Positions 1 through 9,486 of a stretch of 64,000 nt of DNA are shown piece after piece. The first letter of the stretch is position 1; each line of letters begins with the position of its first letter. Source of the stretch: Candidatus Latescibacterota bacterium (GTDB taxonomy: Bacteria > Latescibacterota > CBDEFO01); the NCBI GenBank assembly GCA_965248755.1, contig OZ252149.1, forward strand, positions 4,344,680 through 4,408,679, written 5' to 3'. Made by a program: the position numbers and the translations under genes. The notes beneath the pieces were generated by a model, which was not told where the DNA came from, ran no database searches, and worked only from the letters and a program-made list of their open reading frames with translations.

Positions 1-17
1 AGCCCTCCGGAGAAGCT

Positions 18-1328
18 GTGGACGTGGACGATGAGATGAACGCTATACTGTCTGCGGCAGGTATCTCCTTAGACGAAGAGAAGGAGGAAATTCCTGAGGC
101 TGAAACGGCTGTTTTGGAAGAAGAAACGTCGGAGCAGCTGGCAGATATCCTTGAAACTGCCGGGGAACCTGCGGAAGCCGCGCCTGACACTGCTGAAGAA
201 TCAAGGGAAACTCCGGGTGACATATTGATGGAGCTGGAAGAGGTAGAAAGCCAGGTCACTCAAGAGGAGGAACCGATGCCGGGAGTCACTGACACCGTTG
301 AGACTCCGGCTCTGGAGGAAGAACCACAGGAAGAAGCTCTTGGCGATACGGAGACATCAGTTGAGGAGGCTCCTACTGTTGAAGTAGAGGGGACAGAAGA
401 GGAGGCCCCCTCTGAGACGTCAGAGATAGAGGATTTCCTTGCTGGGATGGATACAGAGGCGCATGAGACAGAAGTTGAGGCCGCTCCTTCTGTTGAGGCA
501 GAAGAGGGAGTTGCTGCTGAGACATCAGACGTGGAGGATTTGCTCGCTGGGACGATTGCGGAGACTCAGGATACAGAAGTTGAAGAGGAGACTCCTTCTG
601 TGGAGGTAGAGGGGACACCGCAGGAATCCCTCCCTGAGACATCAGAGATAGAGGATTTGCTCGCTGGGATGGATACAGAGTCTCGAGAGACAGAAGTTGA
701 GGCGGTACCTTCTGTTGAGGCAGAAGAGGGAGTTCCTGCTGAGACATCAGACGTGGAGGATTTGCTCGCTGGGGTAGATACAGAGTCTCAGGAGGAAGAA
801 GTTGAGGAGGCTTCTTCTTCTGAGGCAGAAGAGCGAGTTCCTGATAAGGCACCAGACGTGGAAGATTTCCTGGCTCAGATACAAGCAGAGTCTCAAGAGA
901 CACAAGGTGAGGAGGAGACTCCTTCTGTTGAGACAGCGGGGACAGAAGAGGAGGCCCCCGCTCAGACATCGGAGATAGAGGACTTTCTGGCTCAGATACA
1001 AGCAGAGTCTCAAGAGACAGAAGGTGAGGAGGAAGCTCCTTCCTCTGAGACTTCAAGCATAGAAACTGAGCCTGCTGAGGATGTAGCTTCGGATGTGACC
1101 GAAACAGCGCAAAGGCCTGCTATACCAGGGGAGGAAGATAGCGGTGACGACTATGATGAAATAGCCACTGCTACTTTAGCTGATGTATATGCCGATCAGG
1201 GTTTCTTCGATGAAGCCATAGAGATTTACGAAAAGCTCTTGGAAGAAATTCCGGACAATGAGGAGGTAAAGAGCAAAATAGAAGAACTCAAAAAAAAGAA
1301 AGCTGATCAGGAAGGACAGGGAGAATAG
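18..1328 (+). CDS. Highly acidic tandem-repeat protein with C-terminal TPR-like helical motif; 5'-partial (frame open to window edge)
   Basis: 436-aa Glu/Thr/Ser-rich ORF with repeated TSEIEDFLAG...PSVEAEEG units. The C-terminus ATLADVYADQGFFDEAIEIYEKLLEEIPDNEE looks like one TPR. No stop in frame between nt 3 and 18. Confidence 0.6.
   Translation: MDVDDEMNAILSAAGISLDEEKEEIPEAETAVLEEETSEQLADILETAGEPAEAAPDTAEESRETPGDILMELEEVESQVTQEEEPMPGVTDTVETPALEEEPQEEALGDTETSVEEAPTVEVEGTEEEAPSETSEIEDFLAGMDTEAHETEVEAAPSVEAEEGVAAETSDVEDLLAGTIAETQDTEVEEETPSVEVEGTPQESLPETSEIEDLLAGMDTESRETEVEAVPSVEAEEGVPAETSDVEDLLAGVDTESQEEEVEEASSSEAEERVPDKAPDVEDFLAQIQAESQETQGEEETPSVETAGTEEEAPAQTSEIEDFLAQIQAESQETEGEEEAPSSETSSIETEPAEDVASDVTETAQRPAIPGEEDSGDDYDEIATATLADVYADQGFFDEAIEIYEKLLEEIPDNEEVKSKIEELKKKKADQEGQGE
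414..1060 (+). repeat. Coding tandem repeat: about six degenerate ~105-116-nt subunits arranged as a 222-nt higher-order unit
   Basis: gagac[g/a]tcagagatagaggattt recurs at 414 and 636. gagacatcagacgtggaggatttgctcgctggg recurs at about 519 and 741. Related copies lie near 851 and 967. Confidence 0.7.
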
Positions 1329-1334
1329 GGGGAT

Positions 1335-1892
1335 ATGGCGACAACAGCGGACTTCAGGAACGGAATGGTGATAAATCAGGACAAAGAACTCTATTTGATA
1401 AACTACTTTCAGCATGTAAAGCCCGGGAAAGGCGGAGCGTTCGTCAGGACAAAGCTCAAGAACGTTAAAACTGGAGCCATCAGAGACAAGACCTTTCGCG
1501 CTGGGGAGAAAGTTAAAGAGGTCAGGCTCGAAAAAAGAGAAATGCAGTATCTATACAAAGATGGCCAAACCTACTACTTGATGGACAGCGAGACCTTCGA
1601 ACAGTATCCTATCTCAGAGAATCTGATCGCTGACGCCGCCAGATTCTTGAAGGAAAACGAGAAGGTCTTCGTCCTTATGGATAATGATGTTCCCATCACA
1701 TTCGAGCTTCCGTTCTTTGTAGAGATAAAAGTGGTCGATACCGATCCTGGAATAAGAGGAGATACCGCCACAGGTGGGACAAAGCCTGCGACTTTGGAGA
1801 CGGGAGCTGTAGTGCAGGTGCCACTTTTCGTAAATATCGGGGACACTGTAAAGATCGATACAAGGACAGGGGAATATATAGAAAGAGTCTGA
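1335..1892 (+). CDS. efp: Elongation factor P
   Basis: 185 aa. N-terminus ...DFRNGMVI...KPGKGGAFVRTKLKNVKTG is typical of EF-P. Length fits. Confidence 0.95.
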   Translation: MATTADFRNGMVINQDKELYLINYFQHVKPGKGGAFVRTKLKNVKTGAIRDKTFRAGEKVKEVRLEKREMQYLYKDGQTYYLMDSETFEQYPISENLIADAARFLKENEKVFVLMDNDVPITFELPFFVEIKVVDTDPGIRGDTATGGTKPATLETGAVVQVPLFVNIGDTVKIDTRTGEYIERV

Positions 1893-1911
1893 TAAACAGT
1901 GAAGGTAGTCG

Positions 1912-1951
1912 GTAGACAGGGAACTGCCTCCCGCCTCTGTTTGCTGTCTAC
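1912..1951. repeat. Intergenic inverted repeat GTAGACAG ... CTGTCTAC (member of a recurrent palindromic motif)
   Basis: gtagacag at 1912-1919 and ctgtctac at 1944-1951, between efp and accB. Confidence 0.5.
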
Positions 1952-1965
1952 TCCAAGGGGGGGCA

Positions 1966-2430
1966 TTGAGCATATCTGGAATCAGGAGGTTTATAGAGAA
2001 ACTTATAGAAATTATCGAGGAAAACAACCTCGATGAAATAGAGGTATCTCGATGGTGGGGTCTGACGAAAATCAAAGTTGTAAGGCGTAGTTTTTCTACC
2101 TCTGTGCCTGTCCAAAAGAAGGCCGAGTCCCAGGTTGAAGTACTTGAACCGGTTGAAGAGGTTCCCGAAGAAACTGTCCCCCATGGTCTCTATGAGATCA
2201 GGTCACCTATGGTCGGAACTTTTTATCACTCACCTTCTCCCGGTGCAGAGCCGTACGTCAAAGAGAAAGATATGGTCTCTCCAGGTCAGATAGTCTGTAT
2301 CATAGAGGCTATGAAGATAATGAACCCAATAGAATCCGACGTCAAAGGGGAGATAGTTGAAATCCTCGTTGAGAACGCCCAGCCTGTGGAATTTCACCAA
2401 AGACTTTTCCTGATAAGACCTACTGCTTGA
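1966..2430 (+). CDS. accB: Acetyl-CoA carboxylase biotin carboxyl carrier protein
   Basis: C-terminal biotinyl domain with the EAMKIMN biotinylation motif. Lies upstream of accC. TTG start assumed. Confidence 0.85.
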   Translation: MSISGIRRFIEKLIEIIEENNLDEIEVSRWWGLTKIKVVRRSFSTSVPVQKKAESQVEVLEPVEEVPEETVPHGLYEIRSPMVGTFYHSPSPGAEPYVKEKDMVSPGQIVCIIEAMKIMNPIESDVKGEIVEILVENAQPVEFHQRLFLIRPTA

Positions 2431-2535
2431 AAAGATCAGAAAGTGGCAGGGACAAAGTCGCGCACGTATTAAGGGCTTTCAACAATTAGGAGCCGTCTTA
2501 CCCCCACTACCGTAGCAAATAAAGAGAGCGGAATA

Positions 2536-3891
2536 TTGTTTAGCAAGATTCTGGTAGCAGACAGAGGCGAGATAGCGCTCAGAGTGATAAGGGCCTGCAA
2601 GGAGTTAGGAATAGACACAGTAGCCGTTCACTCAGAAGCTGATGCTAACTCACTGCACGTAAAGTTTGCCGACGAAGACGTATGCATAGGTCCCGCCAAA
2701 GGTGAAAAGAGCTACCGGAATATAACTAATATCATAAGCGCAGCGGAGATCACAAATGCAGATGCTATCCATCCGGGATACGGTCCTTTAGCTGAAAATA
2801 GCCACTTTGCAGAGGTATGTCAATCTTGTGGGATAAAGTTCATTGGGCCGACCCCTGAGACGATAAGCAAAATGGGTGATAAGGCACTTGCTAGACGATT
2901 CATGAAGAAGATAGAAGTGCCCGTAATCCCCGGTAGTGAAGGGCCTCTAGAAAATCTGGATATGGCGATACAGGAGGCAAGACAGATCGGATATCCTGTG
3001 ATGCTCAAAGCCGTGGCGGGGGGAGGAGGGCGTGGGATGAGATTGGCCAGAGACGAAGAAGAACTCAAGCGCGAATGGCACCTGGTAAAATACGAAGCCC
3101 AAGCCGTTTTCTCTAATTCGGACATCTATCTGGAAAAATACCTGGAGATGCCCAGGCATATCGAGATTCAGGTTCTCGGCGACGAATATGGTAATATAGT
3201 CCGCTTCCCAGAAAGGGAGTGCTCCATACAAAGGAGACATCAAAAGCTCATAGAGGAATCGCCCTCTGTTGCAGTCAACCCGTCCCTGCGTCAAAAGATA
3301 GGTGGTGCTGCTCTATCTGCCGCCCAAGCTTTGAACTATTGTAGCGCCGGAACGATAGAGTTTCTCCTCGACAGAGAAAGGAAATTCTACTTTATTGAGA
3401 TGAACACCCGAATACAGGTCGAACATCCCGTCACCGAGATGGTATGTGGAATCGACATTGTCAAGGAACAGATAAAGATAGCCCAGGGCGAAAGATTAAG
3501 TGTGGAGCAAAACGACATTTCCCTATCTGGATGGGCTATTGAATGTCGCCTGAACGCTGAAGATCCCTTCAGAAACTTCATGCCCACTCCTGGAACTATC
3601 CAGAATCTGAATCTGCCCGGCGGTCCAGGAATAAGGGTGGATACGCACATATATGCTGGATACAAAATTTCTCCATACTACGATTCACTACTTGCCAAAG
3701 TGATCGCCCACGGCAAGGATCGTGACGAAGCCATCTTGAGAATGAAGAGATGCCTCGAAGAGACTGTTATAGACGGAGTTACAACCACAGTCCCCTTCCA
3801 TCTTAGGGTCTTAAACAACCCCAACTTTAGAGAGGGGAAGATCTACGTGGAAAGCGCTATCAGCTATTTATCGTTCGACAGCAAACAGTAG
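2536..3891 (+). CDS. accC: Biotin carboxylase subunit of acetyl-CoA carboxylase
   Basis: 451 aa. N-terminus [24 protein letters not shown]-grasp [24 protein letters not shown]. Confidence 0.95.
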   Translation: MFSKILVADRGEIALRVIRACKELGIDTVAVHSEADANSLHVKFADEDVCIGPAKGEKSYRNITNIISAAEITNADAIHPGYGPLAENSHFAEVCQSCGIKFIGPTPETISKMGDKALARRFMKKIEVPVIPGSEGPLENLDMAIQEARQIGYPVMLKAVAGGGGRGMRLARDEEELKREWHLVKYEAQAVFSNSDIYLEKYLEMPRHIEIQVLGDEYGNIVRFPERECSIQRRHQKLIEESPSVAVNPSLRQKIGGAALSAAQALNYCSAGTIEFLLDRERKFYFIEMNTRIQVEHPVTEMVCGIDIVKEQIKIAQGERLSVEQNDISLSGWAIECRLNAEDPFRNFMPTPGTIQNLNLPGGPGIRVDTHIYAGYKISPYYDSLLAKVIAHGKDRDEAILRMKRCLEETVIDGVTTTVPFHLRVLNNPNFREGKIYVESAISYLSFDSKQ

Positions 3892-3918
3892 AAAGGGGAA
3901 GCGCTTCCCGTTCTACTG
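3886..3918. repeat. 33-nt near-perfect palindrome overlapping the accC stop codon (variant of the GTAGA[C/A]A motif)
   Basis: cagtagaa-a-ggggaagc/gcttccc-g-ttctactg. ctgtctac follows at 3916-3923. No T-tract, so it is not a classical terminator. Confidence 0.5.
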
Positions 3919-3954
3919 TCTACCGAGTACTGGCTACTATCTTTTGGGGTACTT

Positions 3955-4341
3955 ATGGCTCAGGTGCCTAAACATCTGCTCTATACCCACGAACACGAAT
4001 GGATCCTTCAAGAAGGAGACATTGGAACCGTAGGCATAACCGACTACGCTCAAAGTGAACTAAGCGACATAGTGTTTGTGGAACTGCCACAGGTCCAAGA
4101 TAGAATAAAACAGGGAGAATCCTTCGGAACCATCGAAGCTGTTAAGACAGTCGCAGACCTTTATGCTCCCGCATCAGGAGAGGTCATCCAAGTCAACGAA
4201 ACTCTGGAGGGAGACGCCGGAGCGGTGAACACAGATCCTTATGGCTCGGGATGGATGATCAAAATTCGCATAGAGGATCCATCAGAACTTGAAAACGTTA
4301 TGTCTGCAGATACATATCAAGACATGATCGATAGAATGTGA
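3955..4341 (+). CDS. gcvH: Glycine cleavage system H protein (lipoyl carrier)
   Basis: 128 aa. Lipoyl-lysine context GTIEAVKTVADLYAP. Typical length. Confidence 0.9.
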   Translation: MAQVPKHLLYTHEHEWILQEGDIGTVGITDYAQSELSDIVFVELPQVQDRIKQGESFGTIEAVKTVADLYAPASGEVIQVNETLEGDAGAVNTDPYGSGWMIKIRIEDPSELENVMSADTYQDMIDRM

Positions 4342-4362
4342 AAGCTGTACAGACTCTACGGT

Positions 4363-6216
4363 TTGAAGATACTCATTTTGATGAAGATATTCCCCCTGAT
4401 CTTTCTATCCGTCTTTCTCCTTTCCGTGCAGACAGCTCCCTCTCAAAATCCGCCCGTTAATGGAAGGTCCATTGCCAGACGCGATTCTGTTGTGACCCAA
4501 GCTTATAGTTTGAATGAACTCCTCTCTAAAAGAGATGAACTTATGAGCCGTGATATTCTCACAACCCTCGTCAAGGCTCAAAGGATAGATGCAACGGACC
4601 TTGCCGATCTTCTCAAATACACACCCGACGTAGATATAGTTGAAAGGGGGACCTGGGGGAGACTGCGCACAGCAGACATAGGGGGGTTAATTGGCGGAGG
4701 AGTCAGAGTGTTTACCAACGGCCGGGAGGAAATTCCAACCGACTATCGCGGTTTTGACCTCAATTTGCTCCCCCTCGGAGGAGTGGAAAGTATTCTCATC
4801 GATCCGATATTCGGAACTATTCGCATCCGGACGATATTGTCTCACAAAGGGCCACCGATCACTCGAGGCTGGGCGCAATTTGGGGGAGATCGAGTCAACA
4901 CTGCGGGAGTTGAATTCTCCAAGCTGATGTCTCCAAGTACAGGCGTTTATCTCTTAGGCGACTTTGGAAACAGGGAAAGTGCAATCGATTTTCGAAAGAG
5001 GGTCATCACGGGCGGGATATTCAGAGACTCAAAAAGATGGAGACTTTCATCTTCCATTTCAACCTACAAAGGGGAAGGTGATCCCACTGCTCCCCAAAGT
5101 GTATTTCCCGTGGCGGAAAAACAGGATGAACGCGTCTCGCTCAGCGTACAGGCCGATGTATCACCTCGGGGGAATGTAATTCTTTCTTCAGGCGCGTTCA
5201 TAGATCGCCTCGATCGCGAACTATCCGGGCTGCTCCTCCCGAGAGAGGACAACGTAGTTAGAGCATCATTCAAGGCCTCACTGATTTGGGAGAAGTATCT
5301 GATAGACGTTGAGTTTTTATCCCGAAGACGATCTATCGAGGATCAAAATGAGGGTCAAAAGACAGATTATGAGGAGAATACTAGTGAAGCTAGGCTCAAC
5401 GCACTGGTATCCTTCTACAAAGACATAGATGTCCGATTATCTGGTTCGATAAGGCACCGTACAGCGTTCGACCTCCGAGCCGACGCCGGACTTGGTCTCA
5501 ACTACCGTCTTCGAGATGGCATCAAATTTGCCGTATCCTTTCAAAGACTATCCCGCGAGCCAGAGTTTGACGAACTGAAATGGCAAAGATACGAAATAGC
5601 CCTTCCTCCTCAATCTGCAGAACTGAATAGGGAAAGCCACATCGTCTCAACCATCAAGACAGCGCTGGATTTCTCTAGTTGGTCTTTATTTCTGGCATTT
5701 TCCGACAGACGCTCTGAAAACCTCATAGAACTTTCAGATGCTCTACTCCTGTCTAATTTGCCCAGCGCCCGCATATCCAGATTCACTGCACAGCTTTGCA
5801 TTTATCCCATCCACAACGTCTTTGCACAGTTAAACTACCTCTTTGTAGATGGCAAGAATCGTCAGACCGAAGGGGACCTTCTCCATCGTCCCCAAAGCCG
5901 TATCAAGGCTCTTATAGAGTGGAAAGATAGAATCTATCGTGAAAAGGTCGGACTCGGATTCCTCTTTGGGATAAGATATAGAGACACAAGCTCGGACTAC
6001 GATCCTCTCTCGGACTACGATCCTCTCATAGTTGGAACTCCCGCAGTTCTGGGAAGGGGCACATTAATGGAAATCAGAGGCACCTTAAGCCTTTTGCGGC
6101 TTACAGCTACATTTACGTTAGATTATTTGCTTGACGTCAATCAGTTTATCCGGTTTCGCCACTTCCAACAAAAGAGGTCCTTTCGCTGGGGTGTATACTG
6201 GGAGCTTCTAAATTAG
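4363..6216 (+). CDS. Putative outer-membrane beta-barrel protein with TonB-dependent-receptor-like plug region
   Basis: Signal peptide (MKIFPLIFLSVFLLSVQTAPS from the alternative ATG at 4381). Plug-like N-terminus (DVDIVERG...GGVRVFTNGREE). Long region of alternating beta-strand-like sequence. Confidence 0.45.
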   Translation: MKILILMKIFPLIFLSVFLLSVQTAPSQNPPVNGRSIARRDSVVTQAYSLNELLSKRDELMSRDILTTLVKAQRIDATDLADLLKYTPDVDIVERGTWGRLRTADIGGLIGGGVRVFTNGREEIPTDYRGFDLNLLPLGGVESILIDPIFGTIRIRTILSHKGPPITRGWAQFGGDRVNTAGVEFSKLMSPSTGVYLLGDFGNRESAIDFRKRVITGGIFRDSKRWRLSSSISTYKGEGDPTAPQSVFPVAEKQDERVSLSVQADVSPRGNVILSSGAFIDRLDRELSGLLLPREDNVVRASFKASLIWEKYLIDVEFLSRRRSIEDQNEGQKTDYEENTSEARLNALVSFYKDIDVRLSGSIRHRTAFDLRADAGLGLNYRLRDGIKFAVSFQRLSREPEFDELKWQRYEIALPPQSAELNRESHIVSTIKTALDFSSWSLFLAFSDRRSENLIELSDALLLSNLPSARISRFTAQLCIYPIHNVFAQLNYLFVDGKNRQTEGDLLHRPQSRIKALIEWKDRIYREKVGLGFLFGIRYRDTSSDYDPLSDYDPLIVGTPAVLGRGTLMEIRGTLSLLRLTATFTLDYLLDVNQFIRFRHFQQKRSFRWGVYWELLN

Positions 6217-6351
6217 ACTCTATTCTAATTCTCAATAACAGGTGACACTTGGAAAAAAAACTTGACTTTGTCATGCAAATATGCTAATTTTATTCACTTA
6301 AAGGTAACTTTAAGATTGGCCTCAAGATTTACACTACAGTAAGGTTTATCT

Positions 6352-6858
6352 ATGTTGCTTAATCGCTACGTTCTCGTTTTGAATCGAAACTATGAGCCGC
6401 TGAGTGTGTGCAGCGTGCGCAGAGCTATACTCCTCATCTTCAGGGGCAAGGCCCATATAGTGGAGGAGCTGGACAGCAAAATCCGAACTGTCCGGGAACA
6501 TTTCCCTGTCCCAAGCGTGGTGCGCCTTGAGATATACGTTCGCATTCCTTACAAAAACATTGTCCTCACCAAAAGGAATATTGTCAAAAGGGACAGACAC
6601 CAGTGTCAATATTGCGGAACCACACAAGGTCCTATGACTGTGGATCACGTAATACCGCGCACTCAAGGAGGTAGAAACAGATGGGAAAACCTCGTCTGCG
6701 CCTGCATGAGGTGCAATGCTAAAAAGGGCCGCCAGTCCCCTGAACAGGCGGGTTTAAGCCTTATAAGAGAGCCCAGCTCACCTCATTTCCTTATGTTCAT
6801 AAAAAACGTTGTTGAAGTCCCGGATCGAAGATGGAGGCCTTATCTGTTCATGGATTGA
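6352..6858 (+). CDS. HNH endonuclease family protein
   Basis: CQYCG...VDHVIPRTQGGRNRWENLVCACMRCNAKKG is an HNH/zinc-finger core. Confidence 0.8.
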   Translation: MLLNRYVLVLNRNYEPLSVCSVRRAILLIFRGKAHIVEELDSKIRTVREHFPVPSVVRLEIYVRIPYKNIVLTKRNIVKRDRHQCQYCGTTQGPMTVDHVIPRTQGGRNRWENLVCACMRCNAKKGRQSPEQAGLSLIREPSSPHFLMFIKNVVEVPDRRWRPYLFMD

Positions 6859-6922
6859 TAAGGTGCTCTACAAATATTGGCATGAATCGGCACTGGTTGC
6901 TCTATGAAACTCCGGAGAGTAG

Positions 6923-7906
6923 ATGTCTAAGGGCACGATATTGAGCGGAATGAGACCTACAGGAAGGATCCATCTTGGAAACTACGTAGGAGCCCTCGAA
7001 AACTGGGTCAATTTACAGAAAGATTACAAAAACTACCACATGGTAGCGGACTGGCATGTCCTGACTACTGGGTATGAGGATACGTCAGAGATTGAAAGAC
7101 AAACCAGGGAGATGGTCATAGACTGGATAGCCGCAGGTATTGATCCTGAGAAGAGCCCCATATTTGTCCAGTCTCGGATCAAAGAACACTCAGAACTCCA
7201 CCTGCTGTTCTCCATGCTCGTTACGACTGCAAGATTGGAGCGCAACCCCACGATCAAAGAACAGGTCAAGGACCTCAATTTAGAAGACAGGATAAGCTAC
7301 GGTCTCTTGGGCTATCCGATACTCCAAGCCGCTGATATACTTATGTATAAAGCAGATGTCGTTCCTGTGGGAGAGGACCAGGCCCCTCACGTCGAGCTGA
7401 CAAGGGAGATAGCAAGGCGCTTTAACTCTCTGTATGGAGAGGTTTTCCCTGAACCGGATTCGCTTTTGACCCCATTTGCAAGGCTCTCTGGAACCGACGG
7501 AAAAAGGATGAGCAAATCCGTCGGCAATACTATATTAATATCCGATTCCTCCGAACAGATAAGCAAGAAAGTCTATTCTACCATAACAGATCCTCAGAAG
7601 ATATATAAGAATGACCCCGGACACCCCGACATCTGCACTGTCTTTACGTATCATAAGAAATTCAACCCGCCCGAGACGGAACAGATAAGAGCCGATTGCA
7701 CAAGCGGAGCCCTGGGATGCGTTGACTGCAAGCAGAATCTTTCAAACAAACTTACGATATATTTTGAGCCCATAAGAGAAAAGAGGGCACAGTTAGAGTC
7801 CAAATCCGGCTATATTGACGACGTCCTTAACTTTGGCGACGAAAGTGCCCGTAAAGTATCTCAGGATACGATGAGACAGGTCCATGAGGCGATGAAGATA
7901 GGATAA
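6923..7906 (+). CDS. trpS: Tryptophan--tRNA ligase
   Basis: Class I motifs: GMRPTGRIHLGNYVGA (HIGH-like) and KMSKS. 327 aa. Confidence 0.95.
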   Translation: MSKGTILSGMRPTGRIHLGNYVGALENWVNLQKDYKNYHMVADWHVLTTGYEDTSEIERQTREMVIDWIAAGIDPEKSPIFVQSRIKEHSELHLLFSMLVTTARLERNPTIKEQVKDLNLEDRISYGLLGYPILQAADILMYKADVVPVGEDQAPHVELTREIARRFNSLYGEVFPEPDSLLTPFARLSGTDGKRMSKSVGNTILISDSSEQISKKVYSTITDPQKIYKNDPGHPDICTVFTYHKKFNPPETEQIRADCTSGALGCVDCKQNLSNKLTIYFEPIREKRAQLESKSGYIDDVLNFGDESARKVSQDTMRQVHEAMKIG

Positions 7907-7911
7907 AGAAC

Positions 7912-7996
7912 AGTAGACAGTAGCCCCCGAGTTAGAGTTAAATCGAGGGCAGCCAAGCAATCTCATTTAGACCGTTTTCTTTGTATGCTGTCTACT
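7912..7996. repeat. Intergenic element bounded by inverted repeat AGTAGACAG ... CTGTCTACT; interior resembles part of the selD leader element
   Basis: agtagacag at 7912-7920 and ctgtctact at 7988-7996. The interior agcccccga-hairpin-agccaagcaatctcat parallels 18204-18254. Confidence 0.45.
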
Positions 7997-8015
7997 TTCC
8001 AGATAGGATTATGTC

Positions 8016-8780
8016 ATGGCTTCGGATTCAAGCGCTAATCAGACACAACTGTTCGGCGACTCATACGGCGTAAAATTAGAGGTCTTTGAAGGACCCCTGG
8101 ATCTGCTTTTATACCTCATCAAAAGAGAAGAGATCGACATATACGATATCCCCGTTGCTCATATCACCAGACAGTACCTGGAGTACGTCGAACTTATAAA
8201 GATGGTTAACATAGAACAGGCGGGGGATTTCGTCCTTATGGCTGCCACCTTGATGAAGATCAAGTCCCAGATGCTCCTGCCAAGACAACAGGAAGACGAG
8301 GAGGAAGAAGAGGACCCCAGAGAAGAGCTCGTCCGCAGGCTCCTGGATTACCAAAGATACAAAGAGATAGCCGAGTGGATGGACGAAAGGGAAATAGATC
8401 AAAAAGATGTCTTCTACCGCACGTTCGGACCTGGTATAAAGAGTCAAGAAGAGCCCGAAGAAGGGCCCTTAATAACCGCTACCCTCTTTGATCTCCTCTA
8501 TGCTTTCAGGGTGGTTCTGGAGAGCGCTCCAAAAGTTCCTCTTCACAGGGTAAGAGGAAGCGAAGTCCATATAGAAGAGCAGATAGACTTCATTTTGATG
8601 ATACTGGATAAGAGAAAGAAAATCCTCTTTATGGATTTGGTCTCAGGTCAGGGAAGGCTCGCTATGATAGTCACGTTCATAGCTATCCTGGAACTCATCA
8701 AGACGCAACGGATAAGTGCAGTTCAGAATCGGCAATATGAAGATATATGGATACATAAAAAGGAGCAGTCTGATCTCTAA
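8016..8780 (+). CDS. scpA: Segregation and condensation protein A
   Basis: LEVFEGPLDLLLYLIKREEIDIYDIPVAHIT is an ScpA signature. Followed by scpB. Confidence 0.85.
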   Translation: MASDSSANQTQLFGDSYGVKLEVFEGPLDLLLYLIKREEIDIYDIPVAHITRQYLEYVELIKMVNIEQAGDFVLMAATLMKIKSQMLLPRQQEDEEEEEDPREELVRRLLDYQRYKEIAEWMDEREIDQKDVFYRTFGPGIKSQEEPEEGPLITATLFDLLYAFRVVLESAPKVPLHRVRGSEVHIEEQIDFILMILDKRKKILFMDLVSGQGRLAMIVTFIAILELIKTQRISAVQNRQYEDIWIHKKEQSDL

Positions 8781-8871
8781 TAATCACGTGAACATGATCG
8801 GGACAAAATATAGAGTTCCGAAATAGTTGACAGCGTACACGAGCAGCGAGGCGCCTGCCTGCTTGCTTAAT

Positions 8872-9486
8872 ATGGACTTCAAAAAGATAAAATCCATAAT
8901 AGAGTCGGTTGTCTTTTCGTCAGAAGTCCCGGTCACGCCCGGCAGGTTGTCATCAATTTTGGACGGACTGGACGGAAGGACAATAAGACAGGCTGCAGAT
9001 GCCCTGAACGGGGAGTACGCACAGACCGGTAGAACTTTCACAATCAGGGAAGTGGGAGGAGGCTACCTGATGTCAACGCTGCCTGAGTACGCATCTTGGA
9101 TCAGAAAATTCCAAAAGGACAGGATATCGGCTAAGCTTTCGCAAGCTTCACTGGATACATTAGCTATCGTATCCTTCAGACAGCCGATTTCACGTCCACA
9201 GATAGAGAGTATAAGAGGAGTCAACGTAGACGGAGTTATAAAGACTCTCTTAGAGAGGAATCTGATCAGGATAGTCGGACGATCCGATAGGGTCGGCAGA
9301 CCTCTGCTCTACGGAACTACTAAGGAGTTTTTGAGATACTTTGGGCTAAAGACCCTTTCTGACCTCCCTAAGCCCAAAGAGCTTGAGGAACTTTTGGGAA
9401 AACATGGACAGGAAAACCCAGGCGACGACCAGGCTGAACAGGTTTCTGGCCAAAGCGGGGATAGCATCCAGGCGCAAGTGCGATGA
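8872..9486 (+). CDS. scpB: Segregation and condensation protein B
   Basis: Start moved to the ATG at 8872 (MDFKKIKSIIESVVF). Motifs LSQASLDTLAIVSFRQPISRPQIESIRGV and GRPLLYGTT. Confidence 0.85.
   Translation: MDFKKIKSIIESVVFSSEVPVTPGRLSSILDGLDGRTIRQAADALNGEYAQTGRTFTIREVGGGYLMSTLPEYASWIRKFQKDRISAKLSQASLDTLAIVSFRQPISRPQIESIRGVNVDGVIKTLLERNLIRIVGRSDRVGRPLLYGTTKEFLRYFGLKTLSDLPKPKELEELLGKHGQENPGDDQAEQVSGQSGDSIQAQVR

Noticed and set aside
373-1056. Long antisense ORFs (373-1056 and 747-1013, minus strand) opposite the acidic repeat gene
   Set aside because: They lie wholly within the tandem repeat. Their Pro/Leu/Ser-rich periodic sequence is the mirror image of the GAG/GAA-rich sense strand. There is no independent start or RBS evidence.
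3892-3954. Glycine riboswitch upstream of gcvH
   Set aside because: The spacer is only about 60 nt and is occupied by a simple palindrome. No tandem aptamer-like conserved cores are present.
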